From Anthoceros angustus (taxonomy: Eukaryota; Plantae; Anthocerotophyta): 64,000 nucleotides of DNA. The stretch is from assembly GCA_010909165.1 (NCBI GenBank), contig MU008155.1, positions 992,001 through 1,056,000 of the forward strand. The letters run 5' to 3'. Positions 14,231 through 26,736 of this stretch are shown piece after piece; position 1 is the stretch's first letter, and each line of letters begins with the position of its first letter. The translations under genes and the position numbers were made by a program. The notes beneath the pieces are model-generated. The model ran no database searches, was not told where the DNA came from, and was given only the letters and a program-made list of their open reading frames with translations.

Positions 14231-14419
14231 AACAAGAGTACGTTGTTCCGGGACTTGGCTGATGACAACAGTACATGCACTTCGAAGTCGCATCTTAGAT
14301 GGATGGGTCCTGGTGCAGTAAGTGTTCGACAATGGATCCATAAACAACTTGATGGACTCGCTACAACTGGTCAATGGTTGGCGAAGAAGTATTAATAAGT
14401 TGGCGGGACGCCAACAAAT

Positions 14420-14430
14420 GAGAAGGGGAG
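14420..14430 (+). other. Polypurine tract
   Basis: GAGAAGGGGAG lies 2 nt upstream of the TGTGGTGA start of the 3' LTR. Confidence 0.8.
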
Positions 14431-15399
14431 TATGTGGTGACCACATGGGTACTCGCCCTCTAAAGGAGTGTTTTTTGTTTTGTGTTAAGTTGTGAGAATC
14501 GTGTGGAGTTGGAATGTGAAGTAGGAAATAAGAAAAGTCTACTAGAGCCTAGTAGGAGGAAGAGAGTCTAGTCCCGATCCCGGATGTAACCTTGAGGGTT
14601 GGCTGCTCGGCCGGTTAACGCGCTGTTAGGCTGCTACAGACTCGCTATGATGACAACCGACTGGAGCCTGCTATGGTAGCAACCAAGTCGGAGTTATTTT
14701 CCGATAAATTTGGAAAACCTAATTGAGCGAAATCATTGGAAATACCCAACGGAAGTAACGGGGGTCCTATTAAGTCCAATGGAAGACGGAATGGAAAGAA
14801 CCGCACGAACGAGCGTGCCGAGATCGGGCGCGGAGGGCGGGTCAGAGTCACGGTGCGCAGCGCACGCCAGGCCGAGCGGCGTCCGGAGGATGCGGTGAGC
14901 GGAGCCGGCGAGGCGAGCGGCCCAAGGCGGGTGGAAGGAGCGGAGGAGCCAAGCGGAACGGTGGAGGAGCGCGGGCGGCGCAATGCGGGAGAGGCGTGCT
15001 GCAAGGCCCAGCGTGGGAGAATGGCCCGGAGAAGGCGGGGGCAGGGTGGGTGGAAGGAAGGAGAGGCGTGGGTGGCCAGGGCGGCGTGGAAGCAGGAGGA
15101 GAAGAGGGTGAGGCGTGGCGGTGGGTGACTGGGCGCGCACCGAGAGCGTCAGGAAGGAGCAGGTGGAGGAGGCGGGGAGGAGCATGGCGGCCGAGAAGAG
15201 GGAGACGGGTGCAATTTCCACGAGGTCGCGTGGAGAGGCGCCGGGCGCACTGGGTAGCCAATCGAGATACACTGCCTCACAACGGAGAAGGCGGATCGTG
15301 AGCGGGAGGAGAGAAAGGATCGTGCGGGCCACCGTGGGGTTTTGAGCCGAGTCGAAGTAAAAGGGGCTGAAGTGGTGGAGGAACGACTGTGGACAAGTG

Positions 15400-17300
15400 G
15401 CAGCGTGACACTTTGCTAAACTCTGGGCTCATAGGGACAGGAGCATGGCCTAAGAAGAACACTCCGGTGGCCATTGAGGCCATTACACTGCCCAATGGCC
15501 CAACATGGGGCAATGGAGAGTGAAGGCGGTCTTGGTGGCTAAGCATCACTTGTCCTTCATGGACAAAAAGTGGTGCTACAAGAGCGTACTGGTTGGAATG
15601 TGGACACATGAGGGAGAAGGCCACAGGGAAGGCAACACGAACCAACCCCGCCTGAATATTCTTGTTCCAGGCCGTCATGAGAGGCCAAGAGGAATGTGGT
15701 GGAATAATCATTGATCCTTTAAACCATCTCCCCAAAAGTCGCAGGCACAAGCCGCCATTGCTCCCACATTGTCTAGGGTGGAGAATGGTCACCAACAAGT
15801 TAGACCGAGCGGCCGGATTAGCCAGTGGATCCTGCTCTCATCACTAAGAAGCTAGAGCACATTGACCATTTTGTCTTTCTCTATGAGGTGGTGAGAGGGT
15901 CCAAGATAGATTGGGCCAGGATGTTCTATGACACAAGATGTGGAGAGGGACCACTTGACCATCACACCACCCCTCACTCTATCTCCCTTCTTAATCCACA
16001 TTTTGACCATGCCAAGTTGCCGGAGGGATAGAGATGGTCTCACCTTCCATGCCCGGAGGCCGGTGTTTGAAAGAAGGAAGCCCAAAGAGGAGTCGAGGAA
16101 GAGGCCATCTCCGGGCACCGGGAGTGAAGAGAAGTCCAAGTGTCCATGAAGAGGAATGTGGCGCTTGCTAAGGCATCACCATACAAGCAACTGGAGTTGC
16201 AAGACCCCAACAGTACCAAGAGAGGTGAGCAACAGGGGACTCCAACCACTCCTAGAGCCACAAGAGCACGACTGGAACTCACCCGGACAAGGTGGATAAA
16301 GGAAAGGCCGAGCAAGACTGGCTCACAGAGGGCTGGGAAGCCACAGTCAACAGGAGGAATCGCCCAACCTTGGGCACGGCCGAGCCGACCCGAGAAAGTC
16401 ACTACTGCTCAAGGGGTGACCTCAAGTATACCCCAAGTGGTGGGGAGAGCCGGGCCACAGATAGGAAGGAGGGAACCCATCCCAAGAAGGTTTGGGGCCT
16501 AACATCACCCTACAAGAGGGTCTCAGGCTATGGCACTAGGTGAGATGGAGGACCATAGCTCGTCCTCTTTGTTAGGTTTACAGCGCAGAGGGGAACAACA
16601 GGGAGCAAGGAGCTCCGGAATGAAGGAGAAGGAGGTCTTGAGGGACGCCTAGGTAGCATGGAAGGAATTAAGAAGGTCCGAAGAGAGTTGCAAGACCAAG
16701 GATCGAAACCCTCATGGTTCATGACGACAAAGCACCATAGGGGAGCCGCACGTCATCTCGATGCGCAAGTTCAGCCGAAACTGGATGCCCGGGCGCTACA
16801 AGAAGGAGAGGGACGAGGCAAGGAAAGGTTGGAAAGAGGCCAAGAGGGCTGTGGATTGCAAGGAGAGCCACCGTGGAAGATGCGGAGCCTCCATGGAAGA
16901 ATCGGCCGAGTTAGCAATGAGGAGGTTGCAAGCAACACCGCCGCTAAGCACAACCTGCACTCAAGGGAGCAACAGCTCCAAGACCAGCTACAACAAGGAA
17001 GAAGGGGCAACAAGACTGTGAGGAGGACAACAGCTGTGGGGAGCGGTAAGCACCGCCTAAGAAGTCTAACTTCCCAATGGTGCATTAGATTGAGGGATGC
17101 TTATCAAGATAACCATGTGCCCGGATTCTCCTCGGAGAGAAGATTGTCTCGAAAGTTTATGTTGTTGTGGGCACAGGGGGACATGGAGGTACTTGATCCA
17201 TGCCTTGACGGCACCGGATCCTACCTATGGGTTGGATTCTTAAGGAGGAAACTCTCACCGACCCATCCGATTCAAGAGCTCACCGAGGAGGAGTACTGAC
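15400..17300 (+). pseudogene. Extra ORF inside the 3' LTR (second copy)
   Basis: ORF-track fragments at 15825-16031 (FLYEVVRGSKIDWARMFYDT), 15928-16149 (LSPFLIHILTM) and 16658-17299 (213 aa, coiled-coil-like). Confidence 0.55.
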
Positions 17301-17310
17301 ATGCGAGCAC

Positions 17311-19600
17311 AAGAGAGAGGTCCAGCTCGAGAGGAGGTAGAGATTTTATGGGAGAGATTGCCCAACCAGCCAAGAGGGAGGAGAGCAAGAGGAGAACATG
17401 GGGCTAGGCGGCCTAGGAGGCCCGGGAGGTAATAGGGGTAAGTGGCCAGAAATAGCTAAAGGCCCATGTGTTATAGGCGTAAATCTTATCCTCTCATAGT
17501 GGATGAATTGATAGATAGGCCTCTAGGATTGGTAGGCTAAGACCATTGGTATTTTTGGCACCAAGCCGCGGTGATCTTGGGTATAAGGCAGCCCTCTTGA
17601 TGAAATGTAAGCAATGTTGGCCTAAGTCTCGGTGTTTGGGGCTGAGCACGGGGTTTGGGAGGTTCCAGATCCAGTCTTTGTAAGCCTACCCTCCTCTGCC
17701 AGAAGTGAGAAGACTACCAAGTTGCCCGGATCTGGCGGATCCGCAAGAGTGGTGGAAAGCAAGGGAGGGAGCCTTGGTCTCCTTGGAGGGAGTCCTCAAG
17801 GTCAAGAGGAAGGGGTGAAGCGGGAGGTCCCTCCTTTACTCATTCTCTGCTTTGTCTAGTACTCACCTTGTGTTTAAGTTTTTGAGTGTCAAGGTCGGGA
17901 GAAGAAGACAAGGCGGGAGCCTGTGTGTGGAGAAGAAGAGGCAAGTGAGTTGCACTGGGCTTGTGTGTTTGGAAAATGAGAGGAAAAGTGAGCTGAGAGA
18001 AGTGGAGAATCTTTGGACATGGAGAGTTGCTGATTGGCTGTTTGAGAGGGGTAAGAAGGGTGGAGAAGTCTGTAAGTGATGTTTGTGTTGCTGAAGAGAG
18101 AGCTGTGAGTGGAGGTTGAAGATCCGTGAGTGGATGAGATGGAATGATTGGGAGGTGAACAAGTATTTTGAGAGTTGGTGAAGTCTGTAAGGTCTGGATG
18201 AGAACCTTGTAAGGCTGGAGGAGTGTGAGCTGGAAGTGGATTGAATGGGTGAGGTGAGAACAAGGAGAGTTGAAGAGAGCTGGGGAAACTTGGAGGTGTG
18301 GGAGGGCTGAGGCACCTCAAGGTGAGAGTGGAAGGTCTGGAGCTGGAAGGTGAGCTGAAAGGGAGGACGAGGCAAGGAAGTCAAGAAATCTGCAAGAGTG
18401 AGAGGAGGGAGAGTTATGAGAGCGGTAATCCGATTGGTGGATCTAACTTTGTGGATGAGTAAGAGAGAGAGAGAGAGAGGAGTCCACTGAGGAGGTAGAG
18501 ATTTTATGGGAGAGATTGCCCAACCAGCCAAGAGGGAGGAGAGCAAGAGGAGAACATGGGGCTAGGCGGCCTAGAGGCCTGAGAGGTAATAGGGGTAAGT
18601 GGCCCGAAATAGCTAAAGGCCCATGTGTTATAGATCGAAATCTTATCCTCTCATAGTGGATGAATTGATAGATAGGCCTCTAGGATTGGTAGGCTAAGAC
18701 CGATTGGTATTTTTGGCAAGCCAAGTCGCTTTTGTAATGATCTTGGTATAAGAGGCACCTCTTGATGAAATGTAAGCAATGTTGGCCTAAGTCCTTGGTG
18801 TTTGGGGCTGAGCACGGGGTTTGGGAGGGTTCCATCCAAAGGTCAAGCTAGCACTGCTCTCCGCCACAATGAAGCAGAAGACTACTGTTGCCAGATCCGT
18901 GTGGCCGATCCGCAAGAGTGGTGGAAAGGGAAGGGAGCCTTGAGGTCTCCTTGGAGGGAGTCCTCAAGGTCAAGAGGAAGGGGGCCTGAAGCCGGGAGGC
19001 CGTCCTCCTTTACTCATTCTCTGAGCTTGTCTAGTACTCACCTTGTGTTTAAGTTTTCAGAGTGTGGAGAGGTGTGGAGGGAAGTCAAGTGAGGAGGCGC
19101 TTGTGTTTGGAAAATGAAGTGAAGTGAGAGAAGTGAGAATGCCGGACATGGAGAGTTGCCGATTGACTGCTTGAGAGGAGTAAGAAGGACTGAGAAGTCT
19201 GTAAGTGATGTTTGTGTCAAGAAGGAAGAGTGAGTGGGGATTGAGTGATGAGATGGGCTAATGTGGAGGTAGATGAACAAGCATTTTGAGAGTTGGTGAA
19301 GGCTGTACTGGATGAGAACCTTGTGTAAGGACTGGAGGAGCCGTGAGTGGGAAGTGGATTGAATGAGGTGAGAACAAGGAGAGTTGAAGAGAGCGCTGGG
19401 GAACTTGGAGAGTGGGAGGGACTGAGAGGCACCAAGGGACCGTGAGAGCTGGAAGGTCTCGAGTGAGCCGAAGGTGAGCCGAAAGGACGAGGGCAAGGAA
19501 GTCTCAAGAAGTGCAAGAGTGAGGAGAGGGGGGGGAGGGGAGCAGAATCTCGATTGGTGGATCTAACTTTGTGGATGAGTAAGAGAGAGAGAGAGAGAGA
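17311..19600. repeat. Two tandem copies (~17311-18480, ~18481-19600) of a segment present once in the 5' LTR (~7165-8320), bounded by (GA)n tracts
   Basis: GAGGTAGAGATTTTATGGGAGAGATTGCCC recurs at ~17335 and ~18495. GA microsatellites lie at ~8305, ~18463 and ~19582. Confidence 0.85.
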
Positions 19601-19933
19601 GAGGTCAGCCTTTATCCACTTGGATCCCGACCGGGACCCACCCTATTAATAGCCGACGATCCCAAGGTGGACCCCCTGCTAGAAATAGAGCGGTTGCTAA
19701 GTTAGCAACCGGTCTCCGTTCGGTGGCATCGGTCGGTGTGGCTAAGATAGCCAGTCCGAGTGTTGTTAGGTAGTGTCATGGCTAGATGTTTGGTGTGTGT
19801 GTTTGGTTGGATTGGCTATGTTTGGTTGTCTTGACACGAAATCACTCCCTTGGGTACGAATCTCAAGTCTACAACGATAAAGAGGGTAAATGTGGCCTCT
19901 TTGTGACCACTTGGTTTAGAAAATCACTCCACA

Positions 19934-20370
19934 ATCTTCACAGAGATCGGTGGCATGATGATTGCGGTCGGTGGAGATGATCCGGACGACGTCCTTTACG
20001 GTGGGTAAGGTTGGATGTAGACCATGAAGCCATTTGGACGTAGCGCAAGTCCAGGTGGCGAAAACCCTAATGCATTGGAGGTAGGTATTGGAAGAGTGGG
20101 TGCCAACCAACCCTCCGGGAGTAGAAAAGGTCGGCCAGGCACCCTTTGAAGAAACATGTGCAACCAATCAAGCTTTTGGAGACCACAATCATGGGTTATG
20201 ATTTCGAGTTGACGAGGAACAAGACTTTGAGCAAAGACACAATGGACATCTTTGAGGAGGAAGGTCTTGAGTTGAGCGAGCCAAGTGAGGCAGCTTTGCT
20301 TCCTCCCTGATGGTGAAGCAAGTGGTGACGACGAATTGATTCGAAGACTTGGACAACGTTGAATCTTGAT
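19934..20370 (+). pseudogene. DUF7869-type transposase gene, 3' part
   Basis: Joining 4167 to 19937 gives the open frame EERGKKYRIFTEIGGMMIAVGGDDPDDV. Further on is LETTIMGYDFELTRNKTLSKDTMDIFEEE. The end is uncertain (20310-20370). Confidence 0.6.
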
Positions 20371-22689
20371 GCATCCGTTGATTATTTGGTAGACTTCTTT
20401 GGAAGGTGTGGACTCGGTGAGGAGCGGATCTTAACCCACCAAGGATTAATTTCGAGGTTGGCCCGGAGAGTCTTGAGGTCGAGGCGGTGAATACATAGTC
20501 GTGACATAGATGTTTAGGGTATATGTGGATGTGTGATCCCGTGTTCATGTTTTGACATAGAGTTTTGATCTTGATGCATTGTGCCTTTTTTTGGATGTCG
20601 GTGCTAAAGCTCTTAGTCGTTCTAATTGTGGTGAGCATTCCTTGTTTACGGCCAGCCAGCGTATTTGGGTTTTGTGATAGGGTGCGCTCGGGCTTGACGG
20701 TTGAGGTGCGGGCCGGGCTTTTCAGCTATTAGGGGGAGTTGGGGACGGGGGGCGTAAACATACGCCTGTGCCATATTTTGGCCCTTTGCCAAGTACTCGG
20801 ATTTACTCTCCAACAAGCGCAACCAATTCTCCTGTGTTTGCCTTCCAGTTTGGCGGCACAGTGGAGGAAGAATCCATTCGGTGTGTCGTCAATTTTCCGG
20901 TTCGATCTGTTTGCATCTCAGGTGGTGGCGCACAGCGCCTCCACAGGCAGGTGTTAAGAGTGTTGCAAAGCGGTGGATATGAGGACGGGCGTGGCGGCTG
21001 ATCCCACCACGGGTCACAGTGCGGACATTGCGAGAGAAGAGGGAGAGCCACTTTGAGGGAGGCGTGGGGTCCCTCCGAGGCATCATCGCCCGGTTGGCCA
21101 ACCCTTATTGAGTGGCATCCGTTTGCCACTCCCAAAGCCTGCGTGGTTCCACAGGGGGAGGTGGGGATAAGGGTTTCTTTGAGGGAGCCAGGAGGTGAGG
21201 ACTATAAGGAGGAGGAGGGTGTGAGGCCCGTGACATGCCATGATCTCACGATGGCTGGGAAGGAGGTGGCGGTGAGATGGAGGTTCGAGACCATATCGGC
21301 CAGCTGAGCAGTGAGGAGTTGAAGGAGGAGCTAGGCGGAAGAGGCGGTGTGGGCAGCAAGAAGGCGTCGGAGGAGTGGCGCTTGTAGTGGCGGCGTGAGC
21401 AGGCTTGGCATTGCGGTATGGGGTTCGGATGTGGCCAGCCTCTGAGTGAAGGCTTTGGTAGTAAGGTGTTTCAATTCATGCATCATCGGTTCTTTGCGGT
21501 GATTGATGGTTTTGATGTTTGTTGATGTTGATATTCTTCTTTGCATCTGTGTGATGATTCTGATATTCTTCGCATCTTGCGGTTGATATTCTTGGTCTTG
21601 GTCATTCTTCTTGCATGGGTAGTAAGGTCTTCTTTGTGAGCCAATGTACTGCTCTTCATGTATGTAGGTGCCAACATATAGGCGGGAGGTTCTTTGCGTG
21701 GAGGAAGCAAGCGGTGATGAGGTCCCTCCTTTTTGGGAGCCAAGCCACAGCTGGGATAGGCGGCTTGTTTTGGTGTGGGTGGAGTGCTAGAGCACCGTGT
21801 AGACTTGAAACTTGATCATAGATGGTGGGCGCGTAAATTGTGGCTTTATGCGGACAATGTGGTGCAAAGGTCACGGATGTCCGGTGCCTTGGCGACAAAA
21901 GAAAAGCTCTTGGCGCTTAGGCTGCAGATCCAACCTAGGTCCGACACCTAGTCTATTAAACATGAGTATGGGTCACTTGACTAAATTCGAAAAGTGACGG
22001 TTGTCTATCGGTTATATGGTGCCATGGCACTTTTCTTTTAATATATGTGAGCATTTTTGTATAGTTTGGAGCGGACATATAGTTGGGCATATGGCCCATG
22101 TGGGATATTGGTGTCTTATACCTCTAGTCTCCCACTATAGTACCAAATTAGATGTGTGCATGCATGTTTGTGTGTCGGGTAGTTGACATGAAGACACAGG
22201 TCCTTCTTGTTTTTTATGGTGCCACAACCTTGCGATCGGTAAGGGCAAGATGTCGGGCATACTTGGACCAATGTGTACAAAAAACCGTGTTAGCATATTG
22301 AGGTGGCATTGCAGTTTTCAACTTAGCACATTGGTCCTGAAATTGTCATAAATGTCCAGTTCAAAGCGACAAAGCGGTTTTTGCGAAATGCCCTTAAAAA
22401 GCCTTAAAAGCGGGGTATTTTCCAACTTGATCCAACCATGGACCTTTCTTAACGGGGTTAAAAGACATCAAAAGGTAGAAAAGATGCTTTTGACAACTAC
22501 GGAAATGGAAATAGTCGGGTTTTGCCCTTGGTTTTGGAAAAGCACCAAATCCAGAGATTGGTTGCCAATTTGTAGGTCGAATGTGACCAAATGGACATCT
22601 GTCTCTAAAAAGAGGAGTGTGTCTCTACTTCTTAAGAGACCTTGTTATTTCCTTGTAGCTTTTATGTATATAAGGAAAAACTTAATGTC

Positions 22690-23330
22690 ATATGTTGAGA
22701 TGAGATGAACCCAATGTTCAACCCAGCACCCGAGGAGAAGCCCATCCTAAACCCTTAAAGCACACCGTACCATGGAAAACTATGCATGTTGAGCTGAGAT
22801 GAACCCAATCTACAACACGACATCCAAGGAAAGGAAAAGACTCCTAGAGCATATTGTACCATACATGTTGAGATGAGATGAACCCAATCTACAACACGAC
22901 ATTGAGGCAGAAGGCCCATAAAGCATATCGTACCATGCATGTTGAGGTGAGATGAACCAATCTACAACAAGACATCGAAGGAGAGAGCCTAAAACATATC
23001 GTGCCACAACTTTCATTGAAGCAAGATGACCCCTAAAACATATCGTGCCACAACTTTCATTGAAGCAAGATGACCCTTAAAACATATCGTACCATAGTTT
23101 TCATTGAAACATATGACCCTAAAATATATTGTACCATAGTTTTCATTAAAGAGATGATTCTAAAGCATATGGTACCATGCATGTTGAGGTGAGATGAACC
23201 CAATCTACAATAAGACATTGAAGAAGAAGATCCCTAAAACATATTCTACCATAGAAAACTGAGCATGTTGAGGTGAAATGAACCCAATCTACAACACTAT
23301 AAGGAAGGAGAAGATACCAAAGATGCTCCA
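22690..23330. repeat. Minisatellite with interleaved ~70-bp and ~43-bp units
   Basis: CATGTTGAG(A/G)TGAGATGAACCCAATCTACAAC occurs about 6 times. CTAAAACATATCGT(G/A)CCA...TTTCATTGAA occurs about 4 times (23010-23150). Confidence 0.85.
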
Positions 23331-24329
23331 CCATACAAAAACTAATGCTCCACAAAACACTAAACCGAAAAGCACATATCATACCCTAAAAACACTATGC
23401 CCCACAAACCTTGAACCGAAAAGCCCCTACTGCCCACCATATCCACAAACACCGGACCGAAAATTTTCATCCCTGCTGCAGGGTTTGAGTATGTAGTATT
23501 GGGTTTCAGGGATCCCTGCTCCGGTTATCCCCGCTCCGTTGTTTATCTGTTCTATCATCCCTATCTGCCAGTCCTTGACCTAGACAAGGGGAATAACTAA
23601 AGGGAATCCTTTGTGGCTCCATGCAAGTGAAGAAAGGACCTGTGTGAACGCGAGCAACAAAGAGGCTGCCCGCTCACCCAAGCTCATACACATGCTGATT
23701 ACAGGCAATGCCCGCGAGAATAGGAGATGCTAGGAGCGATTGGAAATTGTATGGAGGGCTTTGCCCTCATTCAGCTATGAGGGATGGCCCTGAGAGGCAT
23801 GATGTGTAAATATGTGAGGCTGTTGAGCCAGAATCAAGGGTCTTTGTTGTGCATTTGAGTAGGCTGATGTGCCCTCCTCTTGCCATATCGTCCAGCATCA
23901 ACTCTTGTCTCATCATTTCGAAGTGTTGCTGTGTTTCTAAGAAGTACCTTGCTGTGTCTGCGTGGCACCTACCAGGCACGTTCTTTTATCAGTATTGCGC
24001 ACAGGGCTCGTTGCTTGAAGGCTGGGCATCGGGTCGAAAGCCCGTTTTTCCCAGCCAGCGTATGTATGGCTACAATCCTGTACAAACGAGTGTCATAGAA
24101 GTTACACATGGCTGTGTGAAGTCACCAAGTCTGGAGTGAAGAGATGTCTGTTGACGTTTCATTGTTGCATAGCGATTGGCCTACAGCACCATCAAGGCAT
24201 ATTTGTTCTCATTCGCTTTTGCAGGTCAGCCCAGGGGCAAGCTGGCCCCTAAAGCCATTCCCACATCTAACAGACCTTGGTCAGCCTCTCACAGTCATCA
24301 TCCCACAGCCGGAGGAATCGGGGACTGAC

Positions 24330-26736
24330 TCCCATCGCCAGGAATGGTGCTATCAGCCGGTGGGGTTTGGACAATAGGTGATGACGTTCTCGTTAGGAGT
24401 CGACGCGATTGAAACACCTGCCAACGGTCCGGGAGCACCATTACTCAGGATTGAAGCATGACGCAATTGTTAGCATTGAAGGTTGTCGATTCCAACCTGA
24501 TGAGTCTGAAAATGTCTTCTGCCAGCCTCTAAGGAGAGCTGACGAGGCGCAGCCAGGTCGATTTCCCTACCGAGAGTACTCATGCTCGGATGAAGGAGCT
24601 TCAAGTTCCTGATGCCTGGTGCGCCAATTGACAACCGTGAAGTTGTTGTCTTAAAACCAATCAAATTGACACTGGCAACTCCAGAAAGATTGCTCTCACC
24701 TGCTGCCTGAGACCTAATACCTCTCGACATACCTGCAAACGAAGCTTTGGCGCAGGCAAGATTGGATGCCACGATAATCAGAAGCAACCAGTGCCCTAGC
24801 CGAATTGCACCAGGCCTCCCATTTCTCCATGGTTGCCTACAACCAGTCCAGCTGGTCGCCATTTCTTGAACTGTCAATCCACGCCCGAGCAATCGATAGC
24901 AAATGTATGCGGATAGTCTTTTTTGCTGTTCTACAGTCTGCAGCAACCACGAGTGGAAAGTTGCGACAGATTGGAGACTGAATTGCAGCAATCAGCTCCA
25001 TTTATGCTCTTACACACCGTCCCGGGCACAACACGGGTCGGCATGTCGAGACAACTACTACTTGTGCGGACGACCTATGTTGACTGAGTCACATGATGCT
25101 TCCAGTGAAGCTGGACAAAATAGACGCGTACTCAGATAAGACTCTCTCTCTGCCTTCATCTCCAAGGGTGGGACACTTGGAACAGACACAGTCGCTAAAA
25201 AAAAAAAACATTTCGAACAGACACAGAGGCTTCCGCCAGACGGTACAAGCTAACCCACCACTGCCAGCCTCCTCGTGGAGTGAGAGCTTTGAGAGCACAC
25301 GGGCCGAAGCTAGGGGTGAGTCTCTGCCATTGGTACTAAATAAAGATATGTCTGTTGGAAGAAGAAGCGCTGCCAGCTTCCTTTTGCATAAGAAAACCGC
25401 AGGAGCTTCCTGCTTCAATATTACTCCAAAGCTTTCGTGCAAGTCCCTGTTTGATTGCAAAGCAGGTCCCTGTTATCCACTGTGTCCGAGCAAGAGCAGT
25501 TTTTGCAACTTGCACAGCTCAAGTTCATTGCCCACAAGGAAACCTACGGTACCGGTAAATGAGGCTGAGTACGAGGGCTACACCCTGCCTTCCAACTGCA
25601 GGAGCAATAGAGACTCACAGCTATGGTCGTGATTGTCATCATCCTGCTGACGGGTTCACTCAAGTATCAACAGAGACGCATAGCTGAGGAATGTCAGCGA
25701 TATCACACCACCACTTGGATGGGCCTCAGAAATCATACATACGGGCCTGCTCATAAAACAAACAAGGGTGCATAGCTTGGCATCTTCACAACATCACGGC
25801 TTAACGAGAAAGAGAAAATCGTATGTCTGGCATCGAAGGAGATATACTGGTAGACTGACCTGTTGAGTTCCAACCCTCTCATTGCGCACTGCTTCTGGAA
25901 GAGATACCGTAGAGTATTCCTTCCAATTCCTCCCACCAACCGCTTTCTCACTGACAAAGACCTGCAGTGCAGAAGACCGAGGACCACATAAGACCATATA
26001 ACATGCATTTCGGTATCAACACGCAATGTAGGGTCAGTACCGCGGATGCGACTCTTGGGATATAAAATTGATGCGTCAACGCCAACGCCAACGTCAACAC
26101 CAACGCTTCTTTGCACATGAGCAGACCTGCAGATCTCATTTCCGTGAATTCACAGCTATAAAGAATCAGCAAAACATCCAGAACGACGAGGCTCGCGATT
26201 GGGAGACAGTCACACACAACCGCAGGTTGATCCGGGGGTCTTGCAGTTGCAGCATAGAGATTTGATTAGATGAGATTGCCAATAAACAATGTTGGAATTA
26301 CGTCCTTATGGCTGATGCCAGTGACCAACTGACAAACGGAGCAGCAATGACAGCTGCCTAAGAAAAAGGAGCGTCAAGACAGCTCGCATTTGTTATTTGC
26401 GACAACTAACATCTCTCAAGTGCTAGCTAGGGGACAACATGATCAAAAAAACAAACCTGGCGTGGTTTCCAAGCTCAGAGCTTCCAGGAAAGAAAGCTTG
26501 TACTGAAAAACAACTTGCAACTGTATTTAGGACCAGCTGACCGACAGGATTTGCTGGCAGAACAGGTGGGTTTGATTGTCCTCATTCCATGCTTCATTAC
26601 CCTCAAACATCCAACAATCCCACGTCAGCATCTCGGTGGTGTTTTCAGGTGTCCAGTTCAAGATTCGGGAAGCTGAAGGTGCCTCAAAGCGCTCCTTCAG
26701 CAAGCCTTGGAGATGACGCGTCAGAAAACCCGTTTC
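24330..26736 (-). other. Series of small GT-AG exons downstream of the GIL1/IRKI-like stop codon; product unidentified
   Basis: Minus-strand pyrimidine-rich acceptors and GT donors, e.g. exons 26601-26736 and 26457-26502. Peptides include ETGFLTRHLQGLLKERFE...LTWDCWMFE, VFVSEKAVGGRNWKEYSTVSLPEAVRNERVGTQQ and QKRLSAYICYRLLGRGLTVQEMATSWTG...HWLLLIIVASNLA. Confidence 0.45.

Larger units (their letters stand above)
4168..19933 (+). mobile_element. Full-length Ty3/gypsy LTR retrotransposon (non-chromoviral, Athila-like), degenerate or noisy
   Basis: Long direct terminal repeats with TGTGG...CCACA ends, a PBS after the 5' LTR, a PPT before the 3' LTR, and domain order gag-PR-RT-RH-IN. Confidence 0.9.
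14433..19933 (+). repeat. 3' LTR (~5.5 kb, includes an internal ~1.15-kb tandem duplication)
   Basis: Starts TGTGGTGACCAC, ends TCACTCCACA, and is colinear with the 5' LTR. Confidence 0.85.

Noticed and set aside
20189-20638. Possible LINE ORF1 or Ulp1 fragment on the minus strand (PWWVKIR, HDCG)
   Set aside because: The plus strand continues the transposase frame across the retroelement junction, which explains the region better.
22454-22461. GGGGTTAA as the right terminus of the DNA transposon
   Set aside because: No matching left terminus is present in the window, and the motif is too short to support.
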